From Phoronis australis (lineage: Eukaryota > Animalia > Phoronida): a DNA stretch of 64,000 bases. The DNA is taken from positions 477,731 through 541,730 of the forward strand of contig NMRA01000117.1 in NCBI GenBank assembly GCA_002633005.1, in the 5' to 3' direction. Of this stretch, positions 1 through 12,586 are shown in pieces (the first letter of the stretch is position 1; every line of letters starts with the position of its first letter). The notes below the pieces were generated by a model. That model was not told where the DNA came from. It was given only the letters and a program-made list of their open reading frames with translations, and ran no database searches. A program made the position numbers and the translations under genes.

Positions 1-988
1 TCACGTGCGTACATGTTCACAATCTTTGAAGAAGAACACATGTAACATTGTCAGTTTGGAGCAGATATTTATTTTTTGTAGTTCATTATTTATTTTCTCA
101 ACTAATTATGTCAATGTAAAGGTATTATTGGGGTTCAAATAGAAGACGCGGTGGGCTAGTTCTGCGTTCATATATAGCTGTGTGGCAAAAAGCGTTGCTG
201 ACCAGGGTATCGGTACTCTAAACTAGCGTATCAGGTAATATGATCTAAGATACCCCTGTGTGGAGTACATAAATTACCACATTAGTAATGGGTTCATGTC
301 AATAAAACAGTGGCTAAAATAAGATGATACATCGTGGACTAAAACTGGTGATTTTTCAAACTGTGTGACTTCTGAAAGTGATTTTGTGGTAAAAGGTTAC
401 GTTAAGATCATTTTTACCAGGAGAAATACAGAATAGATGCATCAGGTGTCGGAGTGGTACCGGTTGACCATGAATAATTTTAGCAATGAGCTATAGCCCA
501 TTGACTTTAGTAACTCTTTGAACCGTGGTAGATAATTGGCTTGCAAGTCGTGATGCCGCACATAATAGCACGGGAACGCTCTAGTATGGAATAGATTTAC
601 ATCTGGGCTAGCCACGATTCAAGAATCGCTGTCGCAGGAATTGAAATAAAAGGGAATGTTTTTGCAATGCTGGTCACGCATTCTTACCCAGAAGGAAAAT
701 ATTTTTACGAGTCGAAATATGTTTAAGCACAGAGAGCGAGCCCTCTTATTCCGCGAACTGTTGACTCCTTTTTTCAAAAAGATTATCAAAGTCGTTACAG
801 ATCACTTGCGCAAGGCAATTCGGGTATTTTGGTAACCAACAATTTCCAGTCAGAAGTGAATGTTTTCTACGCATGTCGTTTGATTCCGCACATGCGCACA
901 TAACGTTCACCTCCGAAGGTTCAACTCTGTTTGAAGAAAACCTTCACATTTTATCCTGCGCACCTTTTGGATTGTTTTCGTCCGAGGC

Positions 989-995
989 TATAAAA
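989..995 (+). promoter_or_regulatory. TATA box of the small secreted-peptide gene
   Basis: TATAAAA at 989-995, about 30 nt upstream of an ATG-free stretch that ends in a strong splice donor (AAG|GTAAGA, 1075/1076). Confidence 0.6.
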
Positions 996-1019
996 AGACC
1001 TAGAACGAGTCATACTCGT

Positions 1020-1075
1020 CTGGTTAGTAAATTACCGTCAGTGCGTGAAGACGTGTTTTAGAAAGTGTGTCTAAG
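1020..1075 (+). other. Putative non-coding (5' UTR) exon 1 of the secreted-peptide gene; start approximate
   Basis: Follows the TATA box, contains no ATG and ends at CTAAG|GTAAGA. The next exon has an acceptor 5 nt before its ATG, so it needs an upstream exon. Confidence 0.55.
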
Positions 1076-2572
1076 GTAAGATTTAAAACGTATTTTATGT
1101 CTGCACCATAATCTGTGTAAAATGCAAATGGCTTTTCAAATAGATTGAACGCGTGTTTTTATATGCTTGTCACAACATCTCAAGATCGAATACCAATTTC
1201 CAACAATTTCAGCTCCAATGTTCGATACACAGCGCCTTTAAGGGGACCAGGGCAAAGTATTAGCCAGGATTAGTCCCGTCAGAAAGTCCCACCCCCGAAC
1301 TGCCAATAGTATCTGAAAGAATTTTAGGGGGGATATGGCCCCTTCCCCCAAAAAAATTGTTTGGTACAAAGTTTTTTAAGAGATTACTTTTAAAAACCAA
1401 TTAAAATGTGCTGTACACAGTTAATGTTTAGAGTAAATGAAATTTGAACTAAAAGATATTATTTCTTCGTCTTTGTCTCTAAGCACCTTGCTTAAAATTA
1501 TGTAAATTACACGTTTCTCCGATTACCAGCATTTTAATAACCAGTCAAAAATAATAAAAAATGAAGAAGTAACAGTTTAGTAAGAAAGAGATTTAAAAGA
1601 CAAAGACAATGCGCACCTTGTCCACTAACCGAACATATAAGTTAACTAAAACATAACTATCTGATGTTTCTTTGTTATGCTTTCACGCCGATTGTTCAAA
1701 AAGGTACTCGCAGCTCAAACTGAAAAATGTCTTCTCATCTCGCCAGAAAAACAGCGGAATAACGTTTTTTGAACGATACTCTTTTCACGGTGCATTAATT
1801 CCCCTGACTGTCCCCAATGAGAATCTGACGAGACTGGCTTCTTGCCATCGAGTAGAATTAAAGGGCTGAATTTCGCCTTGTTTGGTTGACCATAAACGAA
1901 AATCAATTTAGGACTTTTTTACTCTCATAAAATCGGCCTCATAATATTCTTAAGCTTGATAAGATTCTATTTCTGTTATCAAAAAGAATATCAAATCCAT
2001 CTGTGACTCCAGTTAATTAGGGAGGCCAACCCTAAAATTGCGAATTCGACAATGGAACACGTGCGCGTTCCCTGTGACTTGAGTTTGTAACGGAAACAGT
2101 ATTCTATCACGGAATGAAAGTAAATTGGCGAACTCAATTTTTGTTTTTATTCAGCTGAACAAGATGAAATGTAGCTTTAAAGGAAATCGAAGCTGATAAC
2201 GTTACCAGTTAAATTTTTCTGCTTGGATTTGAGCTATACTAGCTGACCGGCCACCCTGGTTCACCACGTGTCCCCCCCCCCCNCCCCCCCCCCCTCCCAC
2301 CTCTCGATGCCTCTGCTGTTGAGGTCGTGGGTCTAATCCGTCAAGAGGCTGTCCTCGAGTATACATTTTTGTCGCCCATGTCACTTTAAAAACCACTGCA
2401 GCCTCGACCAAACGTCTCACCCATAATCCCAGATATGGTTAAGTTAGCTAAAAAGATCTGGACCTCGAGTATATTGACTTTACTCGAAACTGGAGTCCAA
2501 AAGCGACCAATTGTAAGGCGGGTGCAGGATTGAGAAGTTAAGTGACATTTTTGGCATTTATTTTCAGAGAAA

Positions 2573-2683
2573 ATGATGACAAAAGTATTGATCGTTACCG
2601 CTGCATGCCTGGTAATGTGTGTTGCGACCTGTCTTGGTGATATGGAAACGGGCAAACTCGTCAGTAAAGTAACAAGAGTAAAG
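2573..2683 (+). CDS. Small secreted cysteine-rich prepropeptide, coding exon 1 (signal peptide, aa 1-37)
   Basis: Acceptor TTTATTTTCAG| at 2567, AAA-ATG at 2573. Encodes MMTKVLIVTAACLVMCVATCLG-DMETGKLVSKVTRVK (hydrophobic signal peptide). Phase-0 donor AAG|GTATAC at 2683/2684. Confidence 0.75.
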
Positions 2684-4407
2684 GTATACTTGTATATCTC
2701 ACGAGTTACACAAAGTATAATATATAAGTATGTATGTGCGTGTGCGTGTGCGTGTGTATGCCCTTGTATAAGAGCCTTGCCTACATTTATGTCCTAAGGT
2801 GAGCGCATGCGCCTATTATGCGAAACTCTTAAATGAAGCCTTGGACAAGATGTGATGTCTGTTTTTATGAATAAAAACATTAACATTGTAAGTGGTTGAA
2901 TCATTTCAACGACTCCCTTGTTCCCAGTGGCTCTAGTAAGCGACATCTCTTTGTAGTTATTAATTAATACACAAATTTTAAACTAGGTTACCAAATCGCA
3001 CAAACCGTACCTCAAGCACTTGTTTCTTCTCAGTGAGCTGGTCCCTATCTCACATCCTAGTTATTATGTAAATTCAACGTTTTGGTACAGGCAAACTTGC
3101 GTTATTGGATTTTGAGTTGCAATGATAATACCAAGAAATTGGTAAAAAGGGCAAATGTCAGTACCGAATAAGGATTTCTTTTGGAAACTAACTCAGGAGT
3201 GTGTGACAATTTGAAATGTTGGTCAGTCATACTGTGTATTTGTCGACCTGGGCATCTTAAAGGGGACATGGGTTTACAGCCGCGAGAAATACTGTATCCG
3301 TGAAATAGTCTACCAAAAGTACCCTGACGTCACACAACGCAAAATGTCATGTGAAATAAGACTAAATGAATCTGCTGACTACTGCTTTGGATGTTTGATG
3401 TTTTCTCTTTGGATGTTTCATGTTTTCTTTTTATAATTTCGAGAATGTGTCAAGAATATTCAGTCAGTAAGCCTCTTACCCACCATCATAATAATCGTGA
3501 TTCAAATAGCAGCCCGAGCTCTAGTTCCACTGGGAAATTAACAAACATTATAAATTTAACCATGAGTGAACAGGACTCATTCAATAACTACACTGTTTTC
3601 CATGAAAGGGTACGTCAAAGAACTAACACGGACATAATGAGAACTTCCGGAAAATCTTGTGGGGAACCTTATTTCATAGGATATGTCAATAGGAATCGTG
3701 CGTGAACTAGCTCTTATCACAGACAAAGGATATTCATTTTAGCTTTTAGGAAAATTATTTAATAATTTAAAAATTCTAAAAATAATAAAAATGCCTCTCG
3801 AGAAATTACTGTAATGCGCTTGCCAAATCATGAAGACTAAACGGGCTTGGTACGCTATTTTCCAAAGCTTTATGATGTCAAATTTGCGCATGTGCAAGGT
3901 CAGCGACAACTATTTCGCGGGTACAAAATATGTGAGTAGAGAGGAACTGTTTTTCAAAGAGCTCCAAAAATAAATCTTAAATTATTTTATTTCAAAAATA
4001 GTTCTGAGCCGGGCTCAACACTATTTTTGTTTCTCTATACCTCGGCAATAACAATGATATTTTTATGTTTTTAGCAATATGATAAGTTGGATTGAGAGAA
4101 ATATTTCTTAATCTATGAGTCACACTCATTATCCTAAACATAAAATGTAAATCTGACTGAGATAGTTTCTAATTTTGTGAACTGCATTCAGTAGCCCTTT
4201 CAATTAACAATTGACCCTTTGTAAGCACAAGAGTATTTCTTGGTGTATGTATTGTAAATAATCATTGTATTTTTTCTTTTCAATCTTTTTGTCCATTTAT
4301 ATTCAATTTCATCACAACCTCTTACTAAATATTGTAATAATTGTATTGAAATGTACTTGTATGGTCTAGAATTCAAGCAAGCAATTGACTTGCCCTTCGA
4401 TTTTCAG

Positions 4408-4509
4408 AGAGATGCAAGACGCGTACAGAACTTGGAAGAAAACCATGCAACACAAAGGCGCCCGGCTCCAGAGGACGCAGAATGTTGGGTTGAATATGTC
4501 ACAACTGAG
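4408..4509 (+). CDS. Small secreted cysteine-rich prepropeptide, coding exon 2 (aa 38-71)
   Basis: Acceptor TTTTCAG| at 4407, 102 nt, phase 0/0. Encodes RDARRVQNLEENHATQRRPAPEDAECWVEYVTTE. Donor GAG|GTATTG. Splicing to the previous exon creates RVKR. Confidence 0.75.
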
Positions 4510-7004
4510 GTATTGTCTTCAATCTTCAATAACTGCTTGCTGGGTCCTGGTTAAAGTTCGACACTGTTGCGTTGACATTTTCTCGAAATGATGTCACCTA
4601 CAACTACAAATCAAGTCACTCCATTGCCACATATTTTCTAACATTTCCTGTAGATTTGCAAGACATTGACAAATTTCAAAAACACTTTACGATTAAAAGT
4701 GATTTATTTATTTATTGTCTCAGTTTGTCAAAAAGCCGCAAAGCAGATGTCGTTTTTCGACATGAGCTCAATTATAAAACATATGAACACATTTATTTAT
4801 TTTAAATAACAAATTACTTAATTTGAAAAATGGCGCCTTTTTGTTAAAGTCTTTGTTATTAGAGTGTTCAATAATAGCGTGCGACATCCAATTTAGCAAT
4901 ATGTGGAATTTTCTCCGTATAGTCCACCTCAAAATCAAGAAGGAAATCTCGGAAAGTCTTCGGCCGATCTTTAAAGATGTTTGTAATTGAGAAAAAGAGC
5001 AAGATACCGGTAATGAGGAAGTACACAGCTAAGTCTCTTAACGTCCAGCCTGGTGTTTCTGATTTGAAAACAGGCGAATGTAGCTGAACTCAGTGTCATT
5101 GTTGAGGGGAAGGATTGTAAAGTGACGCTTTCGCTTACACAAAGCAGGATATTATTTGTGGCTAATTCGTGGTCAGTGGGCGTCAAAATAAAGCATCAAA
5201 GAAAAAAAGGAAACAACATTGTAACTTAAACATTTAACCAAAAAATATTAACATATTTTTCGTGTATTGGCTTTCACACGGTTATTGCACGAGCGTATCA
5301 AGACGTGCGTGGTTTAATGTTCCTTTTACTGGTAAAGCCAAGGCCCTTGATTTCAGCAAATATCTGACAGACGACGGCACGAATTGCCGATCTGCAGCAA
5401 AAAACCCAACAGATTTTGTTGTTTCATAACTTCAAGAAAGTTATTTCATTCAACAAAATATTTTTTGCCATAAAATTGACAATGTCCCTTTAACTATGTT
5501 TCCCGATTTTCTTACGTCGGAATACGTAAACGTTTATTTCTGGTTTTTCCTACGGCACAAAAAGTTACACCGTTATTTTTTATGTTGAAAGAAAAATAGG
5601 GGATCTCCGACTTAATAGTTGGCGAATATGTTATGTTATTGAGATTGTGCAACAAGTTTAATTGATGTGCAAAAGAAGAAGTTTGTTAATATCTACACGT
5701 GGGCAAAGACGGTAGGTCTCTGAGGTAGGTTTGCCTATAGTTTAGTATGACGTCATTGTGAAATTTGATGTCGCTCGCTATTATTTAACGCCACAATAAC
5801 AAATATTTTTAACTCAAAATCAAAATTTTTGTAATTAAGTAATATATTATTTGAAATAAAAAACAATATCAAAACGTTTTAGAATTTAATTGGTACATGT
5901 CGCATAACAATTAACGACTGCTTTGCGGCTTTTTCTGTATCGCCGGGAACCCCCTTAAAGATATTGAAAGATAATATGACATCGTACAACGAAAGTATTC
6001 TGTTTTTAGAAGGATTCAAATTATCAATTTAGTTAGAACTGGTTTGTGAGGAACACATGTAAACTTCACAGTTTTGCCAGAGGTTCCTTTATCTACGCGG
6101 CTCTAACTGATAACCCCACATTTTTAGCGACTTGTTGTAGGCATAGACCGAAATACAAAATATCGATAAAAATTCAACCCCCTTACGCACTTATTCGGAA
6201 ACACGCACAAGCATTTTATTGCTAAAACTTTGAGCAATCTAAACCCGAGCAGTGTAAAATTACCTGCAATATGGCAAGTTGCAACTATTAAGGTGGCGCA
6301 ATACAGTTAATATAATGTGAGTATTTGTATATACTTTCCAAAATATCTAAAATTGAATGATTTGCAACATTTTTTTTTTCGGAAACAGACTGTTTAATCT
6401 CCAGACTCTGCGGTTTAGCTCTAAAAAGCGTTACGTCAGTTTTGTCGAGCCTACTCAGAAATAGCCCGCAACTAACACTTTACACAAAAACGTAGGGCGC
6501 TGTATCAGAAATCCATGGTGCAACTGGTTTTCAGGACGGAGCCGTTTAAAGAAAGATCTTACAACAGACGTTCGAGCTTTCGGCAAACAATGAGACTATG
6601 CTATAGAATTATACTGGTAATTATTAACGATCAACCCTAAAGATATAATATGTAAGCCTACGCTTCTCTTTTTTAAGGAGATATGTGCATCCTTGAAAAA
6701 AGTAATTAAGTGCACGGGGTTTGAGCCTTTTTAAATTTAACAATTTTGAACTAATTTACTTTCGCAAAAATTTGTCTATGAATATTCCACGAAAAGAGTT
6801 GCGTTGGAGAGACGCTTGAAGCGAGGTTTTCTGTTTCTTCGTCTTGGTATTTGGCAGTCGTTGAAATCCAGAAATCAAAACTCGTCATTCTTAAGATCAA
6901 GTTTAGTCTAAATAAGCGGTCTCAGACAACTAGTTTCAAACAGTCTCTTCCGAACCAGTTTCACACTGCATCCAAGTTAAACAAATATATTTTTTTCTTT
7001 GAAG

Positions 7005-7127
7005 TTACGACGACTGCCAGGAATGTGTCATAGCATTGGAAGACTCAGAAATCTAGCTACTTGCGTCTCGGGATCCCGCATTGCCTTTGTAAAGGCTGAT
7101 CAATGTCGGTCCAGAAGACATCCATAG
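7005..7127 (+). CDS. Small secreted cysteine-rich prepropeptide, last coding exon (aa 72-111 plus stop)
   Basis: Polypyrimidine acceptor TTTTTTTCTTTGAAG| at 7004, phase 0. Encodes LRRLPGMCHSIGRLRNLATCVSGSRIAFVKADQCRSRRHP*, supplying three more Cys for an even 4-Cys domain. AATAAA downstream at 7441 and 7895. Confidence 0.72.
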   Translation, partial: LRRLPGMCHSIGRLRNLATCVSGSRIAFVKADQCRSRRHP

Positions 7128-7323
7128 AGACGTTGCAATTTTGTGCGCGATTTAAGTTAATTTGACGACGTGTAACCAAGAACATAAGTTCAACTGGTGA
7201 CAAAGATTTACTTGGATACAAGTCAATTGATACTTGTTAATTCCGCTCTAAATGGTTGCTTCGTGCGCAGCTCACGTTAAAAATGCAGGTGAATATATTG
7301 GGCGTGAACTTGGTGTCCTGCTT

Positions 7324-7683
7324 AATCTCAAGATGGCGTATGCGTGAACTTAGAATTCACGAGGAAACTTGACTAGTTCACTCAAATGATCACGTTCACG
7401 TTGATGAAAACTTCCACTGCACTAAGACAAATTACATATTAATAAAATAATTTAGATTTCAATCAACCTTTTTTCAACTATTGGTGACCTTATTCACCAA
7501 ACAGCAATTGATTTAACCATTCACAAGTTCCTCCGAGTCTGTGACACACTGAAGTTATGGCAAACGAGAAAATGGATGATCGTGAGGCCAATAATTAAAA
7601 AAATTCTTAACACTGAGCAAAAAATCACCTGATTCCCTTATGAATATTCAGTTTCAAGTTCATGTATACGCGATCTTGAGATT
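7324..7683. mobile_element. MITE-like element with ~27-bp imperfect terminal inverted repeats
   Basis: AATCTCAAGATGGCGTATGCGTGAACT (7324) pairs with the reverse complement of AGTTCATGTATACGCGATCTTGAGATT (ends 7683). Its internal part recurs, diverged, at ~14530-14720. Confidence 0.6.
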
Positions 7684-8280
7684 CCAAGTACAAGCACAGC
7701 AAATATTCACAACTTCAGAGACGGCGAAACCATTGTAGATGTAACGCTAGTTTTTTACTTTATATAAATTGTCACGCGTTAATGTTTGTTTAATCTGGCT
7801 GCTTTAGAAATTGGCTACTATGAGACATTCAAACACGCTTTGCGAACTGTCTGTCCGTTTCCTTGGTCGTATGCAAATAGTTAATGTTTTTTTAAATAAA
7901 CACTCTTCTCTTTAATTTCTCATTTTATTTTATCACGAAATGATCCCCCCCCCCTGCTCATCCTTTGGGCGTTCTCGTCACTCGTTCGTTTCTCATTTCT
8001 TAAATTTTTAACATTTCGTTTCTTATGAACAGGTTTCTTTCCTCATGATTCGAAATTCTTTTCGTTCTTTGACAGATGGCATGAGTAAAGCCACTTACTT
8101 GGTGTCAAACACTATTTGTAGTTCCTGCACTAGAACAGGAAACTGAGAAATGTGTTAGAACCAACAGAAGTGTTGTACATGAGAAATACAACAAGTTGGA
8201 AAATCCCGGCATATTCACCCAAAGAGAAGAAAACGCCCTGGCAGTCCGTTAGTCACAAAGTCGGGTGAATTTTTGTTTAT

Positions 8281-9300
8281 AAAGCTAGCACCCAAGCATG
8301 CAACTGCAAACTCCTGGCACTACACACATCGACATGATTGTAAGGCAAACTCGCTTGGGTTCTCAGTTTTAGGATGAGGCATGTGGCCCGTGGGGATGCG
8401 CCCATGAGCGAAACATTTGAGAACAAAAAAAGGAAGTTTGACTTATCCGTTACAAAATGGTGGAAGTTGACATGCATTCATCTAAACGTTAACAACTTAA
8501 ATGAAAAATACAAAGAATGAAAAAGGACACACAGAAAACATCCACGTCGAGACATACTCCGTCGACAAAGACACTGCCTAGTAGTGAAGCTCATAGACAC
8601 ATACGTTTACACGCTAAACACTTTAATAGACATTTAAGAACGGATTGTCTTGGTTATGGACACATGGGCCTAAATACGCACATAATCAACCTACGGTAAA
8701 GCGTTGTATTAGAAATTCGATGTTGAGCTCAAATACAAACCATTTTTGTTTCCAGACTCGTCGATTACCCGGCAGGTGTCACTCATCATCATCNAAAGCT
8801 AGCACCCAAGCATGCAACTGCAAACTCCTGGCACTACACACATCGACATGATTGTAAGGCAAACTCGCTTCAGTTTTAGGATGAGGCATGTGGCCCGTGG
8901 GGATGCGCCCATGAGCGAAACATTTGAGAACAAAAAAAGGAAGTTTGACTTATCCGTTACAAAATGGTGGAAGTTGACATGCATTCATCTAAATGTTAAC
9001 AACTTAAATGAAAAATACAAAGAATGAAAAAGGACACACAGAAAACATCCACGTCGAGACATACTCCGTCGACAAAGACACTGCCTAGTAGTGAAGCTCA
9101 TAGACACATACGTTTACACGCTAAACACTTTAATAGACATTTAAGAACGGATTGTCTTGGTTATGGACACATGGGCCTAAATACGCACATAATCAACCTA
9201 CGGTAAAGCGTTGTATTAGAAATTCGATGTTGAGCTCAAATACAAACCATTTTTGTTTCCAGACTCGTCGATTACCCGGCAGGTGTCACTCATCATCATC
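8281..9300. repeat. Near-identical ~510-bp direct duplication split by a single N (probable assembly/haplotype overlap)
   Basis: 8281-8793 and 8795-9300 match apart from a 7-bp indel and rare substitutions. The N at 8794 lies exactly at the junction. Confidence 0.85.
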
Positions 9301-12137
9301 AACAAATGGTCGGAGTCCAGTAAGAACATGCGTTTCAGGAGGGCTGATAGCGTTCAACTGTAACTGACAACTAGCCCATACCATCTCTTGACGAAAACAA
9401 AAGTGGATAAACACTTTTGTCCATGACCCACTGTCGTCTATGATGCCTTGTCGAGCACTTATTTTAGATATCCTTTGGAGACGAAACTACCATGCATCGG
9501 TATTCCTTGAATAAACTCCTCACCATAAAAAGTCATTCTGGTGACCCCTATAAGACGGCTATAAACACCATTCCATCGCAAAAATGTAATTTCTGATTTA
9601 GTCAACTGGCAGTTATGAAAATCTTCTCAAATTGTTCCGTACAAAAATAAAATAAAGTCTTTGAAGGTGACGTGGCATTGGTTAAATGATTTTACATGGA
9701 GAGGTTTTTTCTTGACCCATTGTTATGACTACCGTAAGATACAAAGGGGTTTACATGGGTTTCTGCTGTTGTAACGAAGAAGACGGCTCCTCGATTGTAT
9801 GCTCACAGGCGATTCAATTTCTGGAGATCCCCTTGACCGGCTTCCATAAACGTATTTTCGAAAATGTATATCTTGTTTTTCCTACAAATAATTTCCAACC
9901 ACATTTTCAGAACATTAAAAAGTGTACGTTGGCCGTTTACACCGCTCTCCTTTGAGCCCACGTTTTGTACGGTGATACCATCCATTAGCAATCTTCTTCA
10001 GGACTTGAGCGTTTATTCAAGGAAGTATGCTAAATAAAGCTTACACGATCGTGGTTACCACAAGATCTCTTGCGACTATAGTATCTATGTTACTTAGATG
10101 AGTGTAGTAATTTGTATTCTATTTATGTTGTGAATTAGTAGTCCATGTTGCAAAAGTCACCGACGAGGTGCTACATATTTCGTGACTCATTCAAGAAGAA
10201 CAAAAATACATTCATAGACTAGGCTCCTCTAAATATTCATCGTGTTAATAGATAATACATTCACCATTGTCAAGATATCTACCTCTTACGCGAGTATAAT
10301 GAAATTTGATTCAGGGAAAAGTTAACTGATAATTAATTTAGTTTATTTTACATGCAAATGATTTATTTACAATTATGTTTTCATTTATAACCTTTTTTGG
10401 TCTTGAATAAACAGAAATGAATATCCAACGTTGTCAAATACGGTTTCTTTTTGTGGTTGTTTGCATTCCATCACGCTTGTATATTTGTGCACGTTTACAT
10501 GGTGCGGTACTGCGCATTTTTCAATTCTTAATATGAACTCCTTGAGTAAAATTTCTTATGGATTGTACCACAAAGTCGTGTTTTGTTGAATGTGTCCAGT
10601 GGAAGACCTAGGTTTTAGAGAACCCGAAATTGATCAATGATTTGCACCAGCACCTGCGTAGCCACCAACAGTTGAACAATGTAATCACTTCGATTTCCAT
10701 ATAAACATAGAGAGGGATGGTAATACAGAATTCTGAACTATCGAAGAGTTGTTTATTAAATTTGACTAAAGTTTTTGAAAAACATTGTGTCATCAGATTG
10801 CAAATAAATGTTTTGTCACTTACACGGCAATGTAGGACCGGTAGAGGGAGGGAAACAAAACTCAGCTTCAATTTACTACCTTATTGCCAGACTGCATTCT
10901 AGGTCCTGGGTCATGTTCTTCTATTGTGTAGACATACGACGGTCCGTTGGTGATAGTTATAGAGAAAGTAACGCTTTATAAATTGCTTGTTGACATACTA
11001 GGCGTATTAAGCCGGGGGAGGGTAGGTGCAGTTGCTGTCCCAGATTCGAGCAAAAATTTTGAAATTTAGACAAAACAAGACAAAGTTTGGGCAGCGAAGC
11101 TAGGGGAAACCTAGTATTAATTTACTTTGGGTGGCAGTTGGAGGGAGTGGGGTGTTGGTGTCAAACGTAGTTTGCAACATTATTTTGCTGTCAGTCAGTC
11201 ACAAAAAATAAATGCCGACAAAGACGAGGGTGTGCAAGCATACGACTTTGATCTTAAAGATAAATCTTCTACTAATCCCACGATAAAATAATAACGAAAT
11301 TTCATGACAACAATCTCTTATTCCAAATATTCGTTTGTAAGTTTTTCAACGACAGTTGGATAACTGAAGTTAATGAATACCTCAATACCATTTTCAATAT
11401 CCAAACACGTATTACAAATCCACAGGCGCTCAAATCAATGTTCAACGCACTGCGTTTCAACTGAACGACGATAATTTACTCACAGGCATAGGCGGATCCA
11501 AGGTGGGGGATAAAGAGGGTCTAGACTCCCACTTCCCTCCAATTTTAGTGATATCAAATCAAGGATTTTTAAATTGTTGTCTTGGACCGCTGCTTTTTAA
11601 AAATCCTTGATTCAACCTCCCCCTTTTAAAAATCCTGGATCGGTCTCCGGTCTCAATGTACCTGTAACTCTCAATTATTCTGTATTCGCGAACATTGCTG
11701 TTTAGGAACTGATGATTGTCTAATCCTATAGTTTGCACTTGATGACCCCAGCACAAGTTCGAGTCTGAGTTTTAATCGAAATCCCAAGTTTTTACTCGAG
11801 TTTGTATCTCGAATAAATTGCGAACTTGGAACGGACACTTATCCGTTTAAACCGTAATGTATGCTCTGGCACAGAATAATAATACACGAATATCAAAGAT
11901 ATAGTTGCACTATAGCAGAACGAACAGTCTCAAAACTAAATTTTACTGAGTGCATAAATTAGGAACCAGACTCTAGAGTCACTGAAGATTATTTTTCCGA
12001 GTTTCGTTTATAACCTTTTATTTTTACCGTCAAAAATGGGTTCAGAACATTTTTATGCCTTAGTATCAGTCAAGTGAAACAAAACCTTTCATTGTCCATT
12101 GATCTCAATCATTGACTGGTGATATTTTCTTTGTTCA

Positions 12138-12283
12138 TTTGGGCGGCACATTATAGCGGGCTGGGTGGCTATAGCCCCACACTTTTTTCAGTACTACGCC
12201 GCCCATGGTCTATAGGCGGCGCACCACAAGGGAGCTGGAGAGGCTTTAACCCCCCCACATTTTTCAGTGCTGCGCCGCCCGTG
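12138..12283. mobile_element. Two adjacent ~70-bp GC-rich mini-MITE units (CATGGGCGGCGC-type inverted ends)
   Basis: Units of TGGGCGGC..GGCTATAGCCCC..CGCCGCCCATG. The same family and the same junction sequence occur in reverse orientation at ~48160-48455. Confidence 0.55.
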
Positions 12284-12460
12284 TTCAAGTGTTTAACGGC
12301 TTGGCCAACTGCTGGACGGTGGCATCTAAATCGGCATTAAGTAAAGAGTCGGCAATGAAATTGTATCATCGATTTATTTCATGGTGTGATGGCGTAGTAA
12401 GAAGTTTTGTTTTGTGATGACAACGTAGGTGAACATTGCCGCAAAAAGAAAAATGATTTC

Positions 12461-12586
12461 CAACGTCTTTTTATTGGCTCATGCTGTGTCTACGTGTACA
12501 ACGTCTTTTCATTGGCTCATGCTGTGTCTACGTGTACAACGTCTTTTCACTGATTGGCTCATGCTGTCAGGGTGTCTACGTGTACG
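12461..12586 (+). repeat. 38-bp tandem repeat x3, each unit with ATTGG (CCAAT box) and TACGTG
   Basis: CAACGTCTTTTCATTGGCTCATGCTGTGTCTACGTGTA starts at 12461, 12499 and 12537 (third copy has small insertions). Confidence 0.85.

Noticed and set aside
1238-6300. Several TTAA+RR motifs resembling Kolobok ends (1238, 2177, 2385, 3257, 5490, 5954, 6288)
   Set aside because: I could not pair them into elements with matching TIRs; probably old fragments, so they are not annotated.
8281-9300. Tandem 510-bp duplication with twin ORFs as a real gene duplication
   Set aside because: The junction is exactly an N and the copies differ like alleles; most likely overlapping contig ends.
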